Of a stretch of 64,000 bases of DNA, positions 35,416-51,200 are shown piece by piece. The first letter of the stretch is position 1. Each line of letters starts with the position of its first letter. The DNA lies in assembly GCF_009914755.1 (NCBI RefSeq), contig NC_060931.1; one strand, given 5' to 3'. The notes beneath the pieces were generated by a model. That model worked only from the letters and a program-made list of their open reading frames with translations. It did no database searches and was not told the origin of the DNA. Source of the DNA: the human T2T-CHM13v2.0 reference genome, Homo sapiens. Both the position numbers and the translations under genes were made by a program.

Positions 35416-36629
35416 TGAAATGGAATGGAGCCGACTTTGGCATCACTGTCTCTGCTCTTTCTCTTCCCTCTCAGCCCCGCACATCACACCGTGCCGTCCT
35501 TCAGCAACCCACCACTTACAGCTTCCAGGGACAGTGGAGAGAACAGAGGAAGGTTGAGGAAGGTCAGACAAGAAAGGGAGGGTGGGACGGCAGAGAGAAG
35601 CCTACAGCAATGTGTACATCCTCGGACACGGACGGGTAGAATTAAAGCCGCCCCCAAAACTGTCTCCCTAGTGCAAGCATCAACCCAAGCACAGGTTAGA
35701 ATAGCCCAGAAGAATTTTCTGGGTAAGTGTGCCCACATGCAATTTTCATGAGCATATTCTTTATATTGAAAACCCAGCAAGATGGAGTTCTCCAGCATGA
35801 ACAGCATGCTTATTAGAGAGTTCGGCAACTGTCAGTCACTAACCCCACACTCCCACTCAGCATGGAGGATGTCGCTACAGAACTCGTGGTTGAGGGCCCC
35901 CTGGACTCCTTGGCACGATTCATATGAGACGTAGCATTTTCTTTCCTCCTTGCAGATTTGCACTATGCTTGGCACATAGTAGGAATCAAGTAAATATTTG
36001 TTGATTGAACTTGGCTAAAATAGAAAGAGGAGTTTTCAGTGGGAAGAAAGGTCATTTCAATACTGGATATGCATATGCATATGTAAATCTGGGCTTTAAA
36101 GCCCTTGTCACATTAAAGAAAGTTACTAAAAAGGAAAACAGGGCTGAAATGGCCTTTCCTTAGCTGGCTCGTGCAAGATGCAACTTTAAAAGGGTTGTCT
36201 CAAAGACTGGATGGCTCAGAGGAATTGGTGAGGGCCAATTGTTAAGGCACTGGCCTGAAATGAAATCAGGGGTCAATTAGTGGCTTGATACACCGAGCGG
36301 CCTTGGGCAGCAGCCGCGTCCTGTGCAGCTTCACGCCCGGAGAACTGTGCAGCAAACGTGTCTAGATCCAGAAGGCATGGGAAGGTGTAGGCAAGCTTGC
36401 AGCCCCTTCGGCCCACACCACTGTGAACTCAACTCGCATGTCCTTGGAGGTGCGGGAAGAAGCAGCTAACTGGCATCCCTGCCCCAGCTCTGAAGCCTAA
36501 AAGGACAGAACATTCTGATCCAGGTTCATGTTTCTCCGCAGAGTGAGGCTGGAGCCAGGGGGAGAAGGGATAAAGAAAGAACCATTTTCAACCCTCAACA
36601 TTGCTACTAAGGGCCACCTTTTGAGAGTG

Positions 36630-36631
<2 letters not shown>

Positions 36632-36660
<29 letters not shown>
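36632..36660. repeat. Perfect (CA)14 microsatellite, intron 8
   Basis: Direct reading. Confidence 0.95.
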
Positions 36661-36663
<3 letters not shown>

Positions 36664-38123
36664 TCCCTAGCCTGGCTGTGGAATCAGGCTAAAAATTTTA
36701 AAACTGTTGCATCGAATGACTTACTAAGAGGTGAGAGGTTATTAAAGATCCAATTACTGGGATTGCCTAGAGCTTTTCCTTTTATAAACTCTAGTGCTAT
36801 TTGTTTCAAACAATGAGTTGATCTGAGAAAAATCTCCCAACCACAAATCCAGGACAGCCATGTCAAGACAGAGCTATACGGTTACTAAGAAAACTTGCTT
36901 TAAAACCATCTAAAGTCTGTATACATTCCATCAAGCAGATGTGTGTTTGCGCAGTGAAAATGCAGCACAGATGTTAAAAGGTAAATATTTTTCTAAGCTC
37001 TAGCCGATGGGTGGATTAGACACCTACATCTATCAGGGTGCGTATTTTCCTTGGATAGGACCATAAACCAGCACCGTTTCAGTCCTCAATGGGCAGTGTT
37101 CAGATAGCCTCCCTGATGCCATGTGAATAAAAGAAACCCATCTATACTAATGTTCTTCTCCAGTGCACGGGCCCTGGAGAGTGGCCTTTCCTCTGGCCTC
37201 TGTAGCTGGAGGTTAAGACAGATTTCTGCAAGATTCTGACAGCCCTTTAGCAGTCTGTCTGGGCTGGGATAAGAGGAAAGGATGCTGGCTGCAGTTTTGC
37301 CCATGGAAAAATACCCGGTGTAGAGGTGGCTGTGCCCTCCCTCCCATCATTACTCCTACACTACCTCAGCAAAGCCATAGCCAAGCCTCAGGGACCACAA
37401 TGATATCACACCCCGAGGACCTTCAGAGGGACTGACTGAGAGGTCTGGGGGTGCTCTGGGGTCCTGTGCTGGTGTCCCAGAGCTGAGGGAGCAAGGGATG
37501 CTCACTTCCCCTGCGTGCCATCTTGCCTGACCCTGCCCCAGCTCTGCTCCATGGGAGCAGGGCCAGCAGTGGGACCACACCAGCGCCCATTGACCGAGCA
37601 GCAGGAAGGAAGCTGGGGAAAGCCAGCCCTTGAGGATGCTGTTTGAAAATCAGAACGAGCAGGGCCAGGGTGGAATGAAGCCACCAACTACCCCCGACCC
37701 TCACCATTTTCTCAGCTATTACAACCCAGCAGGCTGTTGGGAAGCTGAGGCCTTGCTTCCTTAGACTCAAGGTCTGTGGCACCCATAGTCTTAACCTTGA
37801 GCACTGCTAGGATCCCAGTAGGCACCTTCCAAAGTCACAAGGCTGGGGTGCAGTAGAGCTGCAAAGGTGTCAGCAGCCAAGACTCCCGCTCTAAAGAGCA
37901 TTCACTTGTCATCAAACTCAGCATACCCATCCTCCAAATGCACGCACTGCATTACATTTTTATCTGTTGAGTCATGGACTGCAGATTTAACATGTGCTCA
38001 GCATAAAACTAGGCACGGTGTCAGGGGTTGAGGGTGGGGTCCTGCCCTGGAGTTGCTTATAATCTTATGGAGGAGGAAAAGCAACCACACATGAAATGAC
38101 AACAATCTTAAAAGATGGAATCA

Positions 38124-38366
38124 TCAGGAGGCTGAGGCGGGCGGATCACCTGAAGTCAGGAGTTCGAGACCAGCCTGACCAACATGGTGAAACCCCGCCT
38201 CTACTAAAGATACAAAAATTAGCCGGGTGTGGTGGCACACGCCTATAGTCCCAGCTACTCAGGAGGCTGAGGCAGGAAGATCACTTGAACCTGGGAGGTG
38301 GAGGTTGCAGTGAGCCAAGATCACACCATTGTACTCCAGCCTGGGTGACAGAGCAAAAAAAAAAAA
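38124..38366 (+). mobile_element. 5'-truncated Alu, S-like, also missing the last ~13 nt before the tail
   Basis: TSD AAAAGATG(G/A)AATCA at 38110 and 38367. Confidence 0.9.
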
Positions 38367-39540
38367 AAAAGATGAAATCAGACGCTCATGTGTGTGGCAT
38401 AGATTATTAATGCAATCGAAATTCAGAAGCCAGTGAACTGAGAAAATGCTGCAGCTAGCAGAGTACTTTGCATGAAATTCTAATATTTTTCTGTTGGTGA
38501 TTCTGATACTCTCCTTTTGCCATTTTAGTCCCATAAACTTCAGAAAATGGAAATGTCTTGGTTGTCCTTCATGACATTAAAGAGCATTTCAAAGAAGGGA
38601 TGTTCTAGGAATAAGCTTTGTTAACACAGAGGCGATATAGAAACACTCCTATTGTTACAATTAGTAATAGTGAAAATATAAAGAATATGCAAATGACTGA
38701 TAAAGAAGGTAGGGGGAAATGGAAAAAAAGCTCTGACTACTTAAACGGGGGCAGGGGATTACTGAGAAATAGAGGGAACCGATGTGAAGATCTGATATGA
38801 AGGCTAGGGGATGAAGAAGGCAAAGCCTGGAGACTTTGAAGACAGGCGCCGCCAAACTAGTCCCCTCGCCTTGCCCTCACTTCTGTTAACTTCCTACTGT
38901 GTGAGAAAAACTGGTGGCTGCCCATCTAAGCCCTAAGCTGCACAGAAGTGAGCAGTACAGCACATGCTTGGTTTTAAATCTATCTATGTGATGTTGCCAT
39001 TGTTTTATTGTTGGAAAACCAACCACCAACCAACAGTACAAAAATGTATAAAGTAAAAAATAAAAGCCCCCCTCCTGGTTTTCCCACCTCCTCCAGCTCA
39101 TTATGAACTGTTGGGTGGGGACATTGCTAAAATCGTCTATGTGTAGACAGATATAGGTGATGATATATTTAGTACATTTGCTGTTTTTGCAGAAACGAGA
39201 GCCACAGTGCATACTGTTCCATGACCGGCTTTGTTTTTACTTAACAAAGTGGCTCAATGACTTTCACATCAGCCCAGATAGAATGGCCTCTGCCTTGCTC
39301 AGGGCAGCAGCCCAGGCTGCTCTTCACTGCCCCAGAACCTGCCTGACCAGTGCTATACTAAGGGACATTCAGGTGGCTTCCAGGTTCTCACCGTCCCAGA
39401 TAACCCAGCAATGAGGAAGCTTGTTGCTACTGAGCTCTTCAAAAGCTATGCCCATGTATCTTCCTCCTTTGTTCTCCAGGAAGCCTCACTCTTCATGACT
39501 GTAAGGTCAAAATGTGCATTTTTCTCCTTTTGTTCCTTAG

Positions 39541-39894
<354 letters not shown>

Positions 39895-40914
39895 TAGGAC
39901 AATTGATTTTGTGTTTGTGGGAGTGAAACTTATTTTTAATGACTTGCTAATATCACATTCTAAGCTTATAAGATGAAATAGGGTCATTGCTTGGCTTCTC
40001 CTGCTCTCCGGGTTAGCAAGCGAAATGAAATGTTGAGAACAATAACCACAACAAAAAGACAAATTGTGTGTGCACCTTCACTGTCTGGGGTAGTCCATGA
40101 AGCCAGGCCTGGCTCGAGGAAGCTGTGGAAGCCCAGGAAGGTGTCAGGCCCAAAGGGCAGGGATGGGGAAGGAGTCATGGCTTCCCAATATCTGACTTGG
40201 AGCTGCCACACGGAGGGAGGCAGGTGTGAGCCAGAAAGGAGAGCCAAGATAGAAGGCAGGAGTGGACAAAAGGACAGGCCAAGCTGAAGCTGGACTGAAG
40301 ACTGGAAGCTGAGGAGGAGGCTCACAAATGGAATAAGGGAAGATGGGGCCCGTCAGCGCCCAGGCCAGCTTCAGGGCATTTTCTTCTAGATGAGGCCCCT
40401 CTTGATCGCTTATAGCAGATATAACGAGGGTGCTGAGCAAGGCTACTTTATCACCTCATTTTTTCCTCTAGATGCTTGTGTGTGTATAACTTTGACTCAT
40501 GAGTTGTCAAAGAGATTCATTTTTAAAATCTGTACTTTAAAAGGAAGACCACCACAGTGGAATCCTTTCTGTTACATTCTGATATGATTGCTATTACATT
40601 CACCATTTTGAAAGGTGGTCTGTTCTGTTACTGGAACCATTAAAAAATGTTTCATACAATGAACTGAAAACCACTTCCCGGGAAATTCTACTTCTTTATT
40701 CTACTGGGGAAGTAAAGGCAAAGTCAGTGTCTCTTCTTCACAGCAGTTTTTAAATATTTGAAAACTGCATTCACTGTGTTACTAATTAATTGTCTTAACT
40801 TTAGGCTCAACATGAGTTTATGGTCAACTTCAAGTTCTAAGTAGTTATGACAACTGCCAAGCTGGGCCTTTCCAAACCCTGCTTACACAATTGATTTATT
40901 GAGCCTAGACGGAA

Positions 40915-41170
40915 GAGTTTATATTTATCCTTATTACTGTTCAAGTCAGTCAAAATAATTTTGAATCTTGATTCTGCCATCTGTTATATTAGCAATTCCT
41001 CCAGCCTCGTGTCATCTGAGACTTATTAAGCATGTCTCCTATTTCATCCAAGTCATTGATTAAAATGTTGAACAGGACAGGACTTCCCTCCAGATTGACA
41101 TTGATCCATTAATCAATATTCTTTGGGCATGGAATCTCAACAAGCCATGAATCCAAATAACCCTGCCACC
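40915..41170 (-). mobile_element. CR1/L3 fragment
   Basis: ttcatccaagtcattgattaaaatgttgaacaggacagg is typical of L3. Confidence 0.6.
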
Positions 41171-41299
41171 CATCTTATTCTGTTTTATATGTAGTGGTTT
41201 GTGTATTTGTTCTTAAATTGAGGAAAGGGTAGAGGGAGGGACCAACGGTGACTGGGGTGCATTAGTGCAAAAGAAGTAAAAGGAGCTGGAAGCGAGGCA

Positions 41300-42170
<871 letters not shown>

Positions 42171-42554
42171 ATTAGAGGGAAGCCCAGCGCTCTGGTCTCA
42201 GTAAACCAGAAATCACACCAAATTAAGGGCTTTGAAGCATCTAATGAGTGTCCAGCAGTTTAGTAGACACAGCAGAGGCTAGGAGAGGGGGCAGAAGCTC
42301 TAAGAGATAGAAGTCAGGTCCTCATCTTGCGGGAATTCCATCGCCAATTGAGAAGCAATGTTATGTCTATGAAACAATATTTTCCTTCCAAACACAGGCC
42401 TGCAGGGCAGTAGAAGGCAGAAGATAATCAGGTCTAGAATGTGTGATGTCATTTAGAGAGCCATGGGGCGATAGGAGTCTGTCCCACCAGCTATAACAAT
42501 AGTCACATCCAGTTATGTCAGTCTGCCAGGAGGACACAGCAAGTGCTCATGTTA

Positions 42555-42850
<296 letters not shown>

Positions 42851-43053
42851 AGGACCACATGTTATTATGGGGCTGTACAGACTGTTGCAAAGCACTGAGA
42901 CCCCTTGGTCAAATAAACACATTACAGCAGGTCAAATTTTTGAGTTTAGTGTGCATAAAAGTATATAGGAAGACTGCTTAGAATGCACTTTCCAGGGTCC
43001 TGACCTCAGGGGTTCCGATTCCATAAGTCTGGGCTGGGACCCAGGAACCCGCA

Positions 43054-43150
43054 TTTTATTTTATTTTATTTTTTGAGATGGAGTCTCGCTCTATCATCCA
43101 GGCTGGAGTGCAGTGGCACAATCTTGGCTCACAGCAAACTCCGCCGCCTA
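43054..43150 (-). mobile_element. Severely 5'-truncated Alu inside a MER5A-like element (~42927-43228)
   Basis: TSD AGGAACCC(GCA/ACG)TTTTA. Confidence 0.8.
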
Positions 43151-45881
43151 AGGAACCCACGTTTTAAATAAATGTTTCCAGTGATTCTGATGCAGGTGGT
43201 CCCTGGTTCCACTTTGAGAAGACAGCCTTAGACTCTCAAGGGCTCGGATCCCTCTTCCAAGAAAAAAAATCAGGGTCCAAAGCCCTCCTAAGCCATGCAA
43301 GCCACAAGGTGATTTTCTTCCCCTATGTGATAGCTGGTTGTGGGGGGGAGTCTCTGAAAAATGGGAATATCTACAGCTGTCTTTTTAAAAACATACATTT
43401 GGTAGTCACAATAATGTTGCTTTGCATAGCCTTGCACATGGCACCCACTCAATGAATATTGGTAGGTTTTCTTTTTTTCTTTTCTTTCTTTCCTTCTTTT
43501 ATTTTTTTAATTTTTTTTTTTTTTACTATAATCAGAGCTCTGTTAATATGGGCCATCTGTCAGGACATGGAAATGCAGATTAGATGTTCACACATTAGAT
43601 ATTTTCCTGAAAATATTCCTGAAAATTTGCATGTAAAGTATGACTTGTTATAATTTTCCTGCTGGTTTCCATTCAACAAATATTTCTTGAGTGCCAGTTA
43701 ATGCCAGACTCCGGGGCTCCAGCCCTACGCACGAGGGTGTTCTGGTCTAGCTCTTCTGTGACATCCCTGTAGAGCATCCCCATGCCTCATTAGATGGCCT
43801 TCCCTTGTATTTGTCAATGAGATTGCTTAATTTGAGCTCTAGAGTTTCTTTTCCCTGAGCAATTTCTTTCATAGCAATGCACCATGGGAATCTGATGAGA
43901 GCTACATCTCTTCCTCCAAGAAAGAGCAGATATGTGCATGGCATCAGTTCAGACTCTTCTGTGGACAGTGATAAAAAAAACTCAGCCCAGATTGTCTCAG
44001 GGAGTTTACTGACCCCTACAACTGAAAACTCCAGAGGGCAGAGCTGCCTTCAGGTATGGCTTGATTCAGGGGCTCAAGCCCTGTCCAAGTTGTTCTCTCT
44101 CCCCATTTCTCAGCTCCGGTTTCTCTGGGCACACTCCCTTCTCAGGCACATCTCCCCTAGGGGTCTCAAGCCAGCTGTGTAACCAGTGTTTTGAACAGTC
44201 TCAACTCAGTGAGGTACCAACTTGAAACCATTTGGTGTTTTTTGTTTCATTTTTTTCCCTTAAATGTGCTCTGATGAATCTCCTTTCCCTGTCCGTGATG
44301 ATACTTTGGACAGATCTCAATGATTTCTGGTCATTTTGGGGGGCATTAAAAAGTCCAGGCCAGTCTGGCCCAGATGAAAACTTCAGGCTCAAATCCAATC
44401 AGTGCCCTTCTGTTCTCTTAGCTCAGGCTGACCTGTGGCCTGAGGATGCCGCCCTGCGGGAGGAGAGGTCTGTTTTTTCCCCTCCTTCTACCCCTCCCCC
44501 ACCCCTGCTGGGCCCCTTTCTCCTCCAGGAGTGGGGCCTGTGAACGGATCCCCAAATCCTGCCTACCTGGAGCTGCCCTCAGTGCCTTCCCTGCGGGGCT
44601 TCTGACGTGGGGTAGATGCAAGACGTATTCGGAGGGCTCCCAGGTCTGAAGTCCTCACTGCATAATTCCCTGCCAGGGAGACAGGCTCCAGCTCCTGCCA
44701 CCAGCTCCTGCCCCAAGGCTGCTTGATGGGGAATCTTGAGCAGGATACCAGCTAGATGGCTCCAGCTTCCATGCCTTCCCCAGTGTCCGCCCAGCCTATG
44801 GGAAACACACAACTGGGCCACACCCACAGTGGCCACCTTCTGCCCTCTCCTTCCTCCCTCCACCCTGTCATGTCTCTCCAAGTACTTTTCCTTTGCTCAA
44901 ATAGGCAGAGAGGGCACATCAGCAATTCTGCTGCATGAGCAGATGGCCAAGGAGAATGGCCCACCTCTATGAGTGGCTCTGCTGAAGACCCTCTTCCTTG
45001 GCTTGGGAGTAGGGAGGACCCTCTTCCCTAGGCCAATGACTCCTTGCTCTAAGTTTTCTTTAAATCCCTCTAATGTCTTTATAGGCTGAGGATGGGGGTA
45101 GGAGAGAGTAGGTTCAAGTTCAACGGGAAGAAGCAAGAGTCTCTTTCCTGCAAGTCTCAGCAAAAGCCTCCTGGCATCCCAGTGACTTCGAGAGGGTCAT
45201 GCACCTGCCCCCTCAACCAATCTTTGGACCCCAGAGGAATATGATCCCCTGATTGGCTTAGACTTGGGTCATGTGCCCCATCCTTGGAGTTGGTGTCTAG
45301 GTGAGGCCTTACCCAAACCACTGAGCTCTCGAGCGGAGGAGAGGTTGATCCCCAAATCACTCTTATTAAAAGTGGGGTAAATGGCTTCTGGGTAGCCAGG
45401 AAACAGTGTGTTTGCCCACCCCTGTACATAGAATCTGTGGCCCCCAGATTAGAAGTTCCCACCTCTCAATTTCCTGTTATGTGATCATGTTCACCTTCCC
45501 TCTGAACTTTTAAAATCCAGCTTGCCAAATTAGAAGGTATAAGTCCGGCAGTGCCTGGAACAGCCTGCTCTTGCCTGTTTCTTGCAAATCATCCCAAGTT
45601 CCCTGTGATTTCTGCAGGACCAGTCGGTCCAGCTCAGCAGTTTTGCCTTATTGCATCCTTCACCATTTGAGAAGTGAAAATGTCAGGCATGAAAGTCAAT
45701 AATTCAGATTCTCTACTGTTAGCAGTTCTAAACCCCTGGCGCATATAAAGATACTCAAAGGTCTCCCTCACTATCGGGGATCTGCCTCCGCACATCCTGT
45801 CTGGCAACATCCCATCTCTCATCCCATACAGCCTTGACTGCATTCTCCTTTCAGGGTATAGATTTTGGTTCCAGCTTCTAA

Positions 45882-46229
<348 letters not shown>

Positions 46230-47714
46230 TAATTCATGCCCCCAGACTGATTCTTTCTGGACCACATGTGTTTTCTTCCAAATCGTCTTGTTTGGGAATT
46301 TTATCTGGCCTCTCCTCCTCTTGTCCCACCATCAAAATTCAGTGTAAAATCTTCTTTCTCAAGTCCCCCAATCTCTTGGAGAAGTCTCTCTTTTCCCATG
46401 TTGCCTTGGTCTATGGAAAAGGAGGTAGTACGTTCAGTAAATTCAATAGTGGATGGGTGGGAAAAGGTTTGTACCATTTGTACCACTCGTAAAGCTGAAA
46501 AAACCACACCATCTATTTAATGAGACCTTTGTTATATGGCTGCTTCATTGTGTTCTCATGTAATTTTGAAAAGGATGAGAAAGGAAAAAAACCAACTTCT
46601 TTTCATATAAATTGTGTCTTCTATAGCTTTAGTGTTCTATGTTGAAATTATTGACTTTTGATCTGGCTAAACCATTCTCTTTTCTTCTCTTTGGTGCTGG
46701 ACTCTGCCAGCCAAAATTTATGACCCATTTTCCTTCTGCTTAATTGTTGTTATAAATCTGCTGTGCAGAACCCAGTTGTAAATTTATCACAGACTGGATT
46801 GGATTGATATACAGCCTCTCTTTAGGATAATTTGAACACAGTTATGCCTTAGAAGGAAGGCCAAATTCTTAAAACTTCTCTTGAAGAGCTGCTTTGTAAC
46901 CATTATAAATATCTAATTAAAATACAACTTACTCTTTCTTTTTCTCTTAAGGATAAAAGAACATTCTGTGCTGGTTATTTCAGCTTATTAGCTCATGCTG
47001 CTGTGTGAGCAAGGTTGAGGATTTGTTCCTTGAAGCAGTCAGAGGATCTCCAAGAAAAAAAAGCATATTATGTGCTTACAAAAAAAAAAAAAAAAAAGCC
47101 GTTTTACCCCCAACTAGCTTTTTCATGAATACACATCCTTTGTCACAGGGAAAGGGTTGAGCAGGAAAAAAAGTGAATAGCTTAACACAAATCTATCCTC
47201 ACTATGGAAAAAAAAAATGTCTTCCCATGTGGATCTCACCCAGGGAGGAGGGCATGGTTGGCTTTGAGATCAAGTAGAAAACTGGAAATGGGTTTTTCCC
47301 CATGGGGAAGGTTTCCTCCCCTTTGCCCAGGTCTGCTGGGGTCGGGCTACCCACAGTTGGTGAGGAGTAAGTTCAGGAGTTCCCCATCAATTCAGTCCCC
47401 CAGCCACACAGGGGTCAGAGGTGCTGCTGAGTCTCTGCCTTCTGACAGACCCCACAACAGCACAACAGGACAACAGAGCACAAAGCCACAGGGACAAGGG
47501 AAGAGGCAAAACAGAGAACGCCTTACAGCCCTAATGTTGAATCTAAAACAAAGAACAGCGTCACTGCAGCGTGAGAAAAGTGGCAACGGGCTGTGGCACC
47601 GGCCCTTGGTTAGGGCATCACAAAGTTTAACGTGCACGGGAATCACCTGGGAGTCACTAAATCTGCAGATTTTGATTCAGCAGGTCTGGGACGAGCCTGA
47701 GGGTCTGCATTTCT

Positions 47715-48274
<560 letters not shown>

Positions 48275-51200
48275 TGAAGTGATGCAGGAATGAGCCAATC
48301 CTAATACATTTTAGAAGTGTATTAATCCTAAATAAAGCCTAAAATCATCTATTTTCTTCAGTAATTGTTTCCATGGTGGGAGGTTAGGGGGAGCTTTTGA
48401 GGTGATTTAAAGTCATTTTCAAAGCAGATGAAGACGGCAACCTGAGCTTTCTGTCAGGACATGTGTGTAGACTGGAGACCTATCACATCCAACGGGACCC
48501 TCAGGCCAATCCTTTTAAGCAGGGGGCTCCACCCAGCCCCTTAGCTTCCCTACTCCCCTAAGCCCCTTGGTTGTAGACAGTAGCTTCGGGTGCCAGGTGG
48601 GAGGCCATGCCAAACAACTATAGCCAAAGAGCATGTCTCTGATGCCATTTCTTTGGTGGCCTAGGACAGAATCTGAGCTATTTCCACTAGAGGAATAGGA
48701 GCTTCAGCAGGGGGCCTTGGAAATGTATCCAAGGTACCCACCTCCTGTCCTTCTTTCTGGAAGCATCTGGCCCTGGGAAGTAGCATCCCGACCACTAATA
48801 TCAGGGCACTAATATCAGGCAAAGGGAGGAAAAGTTGCATCCTGACCACTAATATCAGAAAGGCCCCTCCTCCCAGCCCGTGAAGAGGGGCCTCTCTGGG
48901 TGTGTACCTGGAACCCTATCTTGGAAGTTAAGTTTTGTGGTCACTGCTACCAACACACCAACTCCCAGGACACAGGATACTAGGGACTTCTGTGCCCCAT
49001 CAGTGGACAAGTCACAAGTTCCCAAAGCAGGGTGACCAATCGATCTGGATCAGGTGGCAGGGCCTCGGATCTTAACTGTCCATTTCATTGTTATGCACAC
49101 AAACTTATCTTAGAGATCCGGCCATCTGCCTGTTCCCGTCCTGGGGATACCTGCGGGAAGGCAGGCTGTGCCTCCCAGAGGTCATCTGGGCTGCAAATGG
49201 GTGCCAAGACCTTCCTCTGCCCCTACTCAGGACTCCAGACTCCTCCACATCCCCTGGAGATACTCAAAGCCCATGCCCACAGTAACCCGTAGGGAAACTG
49301 ACCCGCTCTGCCTGGGAGCTGCTCCCAGGAGCCTCAGCAGTGGCAACCAGGAGCTTAGAGACCGCTGTGCCTCTCCCTGCCCACCCTCTCCCTCTCATCC
49401 TGCCCCATTTCTCTGTTGTCTTTCCTCTTTCCTCTCTTCATTGTTCACAGCACTATTTAATCTCCTTCCCCTCTTTCTTCCCTTATTCTTGTTCTGACTC
49501 TATTCCCAGGTCCAGAGAGGCCCAGAATCTTCTCTGCTCCTGCTCCACCTCCTGACCCACTGCCCCCTGGGAGCCCCTGGTCATCCCAGAAGCCTGTAAG
49601 TGCACACAGCAGCCAAGACCCACATGCCTGCAATGGGGGTGGCACAGGGGAGGCAGGGTGAAGAGCAGGACAGACTTGCAGGTGTTTTTTTCTGGGCTGC
49701 CTGGCTTCATCAACTGCAACACTCCAGCACTTTGAATTTTTAGCAATTAATGCCCCAAGTCCCCCTCCCCCTGAGTCCCTGCAGAGCAGAGGGAGGGGCA
49801 CCTGCAAAGAGAAGTCTCTCCCAGGAATGGGTCACACCAATCAGCATGTATGTGGTGTCTTTCATGTAGCAAATCAGAGTCTTTCATATTCAATAGCTGG
49901 GCCTCTAGAGGGACCAAGCTTTGCTAAGCAAATAAGCTTGTGGGGTTGGTTCACATCCATCCAGAAAAGCAAGAATGAAAAATAAACTTGGGAAAGTCAG
50001 CTCCACAGGTGAAGCTCAACCTTCTGTGCATCTGCTTGGCATGGAGCTACATTTGCAACTGAATGGCTCATTTATTTAACTATTGCACACATTATGGGCT
50101 CTTAAAACATCAAAAGAATGGGTTTTATTCCCAACAATTAGCTCTTGAAATAAAAGAATAAACATACTTTTTTTTTAACTTCCCCAGACTCTGTTGACCA
50201 AAGTCGCTTTCACACCAGTGGAGTGGAAGCTCCAAAATGGTATCATCTGGTGGGAATTTAAAGACTTCTTGTCCCCAAAAAACCTTTTCGTCACTAGGCT
50301 TAAAATTTTCCATTGGGAGGCCCTGGCTTTGTTTTGACACATGATCCGTTATTAACACACCACTCATTTTGGGAGGGGAATATCATCAAGTCCCAGCCAG
50401 GATGTAAACCCCACGACTAGGAAGCCTCGTCCGCTGGGTACCTTGGTAGGTCCCAGGGCCGAGCACAGTGCCTGGCACGTGAGAAATAGGTGTTGAGAAA
50501 AGTTATTTCACTCTTCCTTTTCTAACTGGAAACCAACTCCAAGCACAGATTTGAGGGGGGACGAGCAGGGAGGCACAGTAGATAAAGCCTGTGAGTTACT
50601 GCGCCCAGCGAGAAAGGGGTCGGTGGAGTCAAAGAGAGAAGGCACTGCGTGGGGAGATGGAGGCAGGTTGAAGGCAACACTTGGAGTCCCTATAGTCCTA
50701 CAATTGCAGTGCAATTGCCCAGAAGATATCATGCTAAGAAAAGGAGGGAGCCTCAGCCCTCGGCCTCCGAGGAGACCTCTGGGGACATCTAGGGCAGCTT
50801 CCCATCCAGGACAGATATCTGAAAGATCATGAGGCTGGGCTTGAATCCTGCTGACAACAAGAAACTTACTACCTATGTCCCCTACCGCTGCTATGGTCCG
50901 CCTCCTCTGTCAGCTCATGGTATTTGAGCACCTACTAAATCAGCAAATTAATAGCTTCTGCCTGGGGGCTGCTTCCACACTCCACTAATAGCCAATCGCT
51001 GGGCATCTCAGAGCCGAGAGAGGAAGGAAAATTGGAAAATGAGTCTAGAATAAGGGGCCTTTCCAAAATGTGTGCTTATGGCCCAGACACTCCTTTAACC
51101 CTAGGTTTTCCAGAAAGTCTGTTTTGCCCCAGGACTGTGGACAGCATTATGTTTTGTTTGGTGAGCTTTCTTTTTTTTTTTTTTTTAGGTTGTATTTTAT

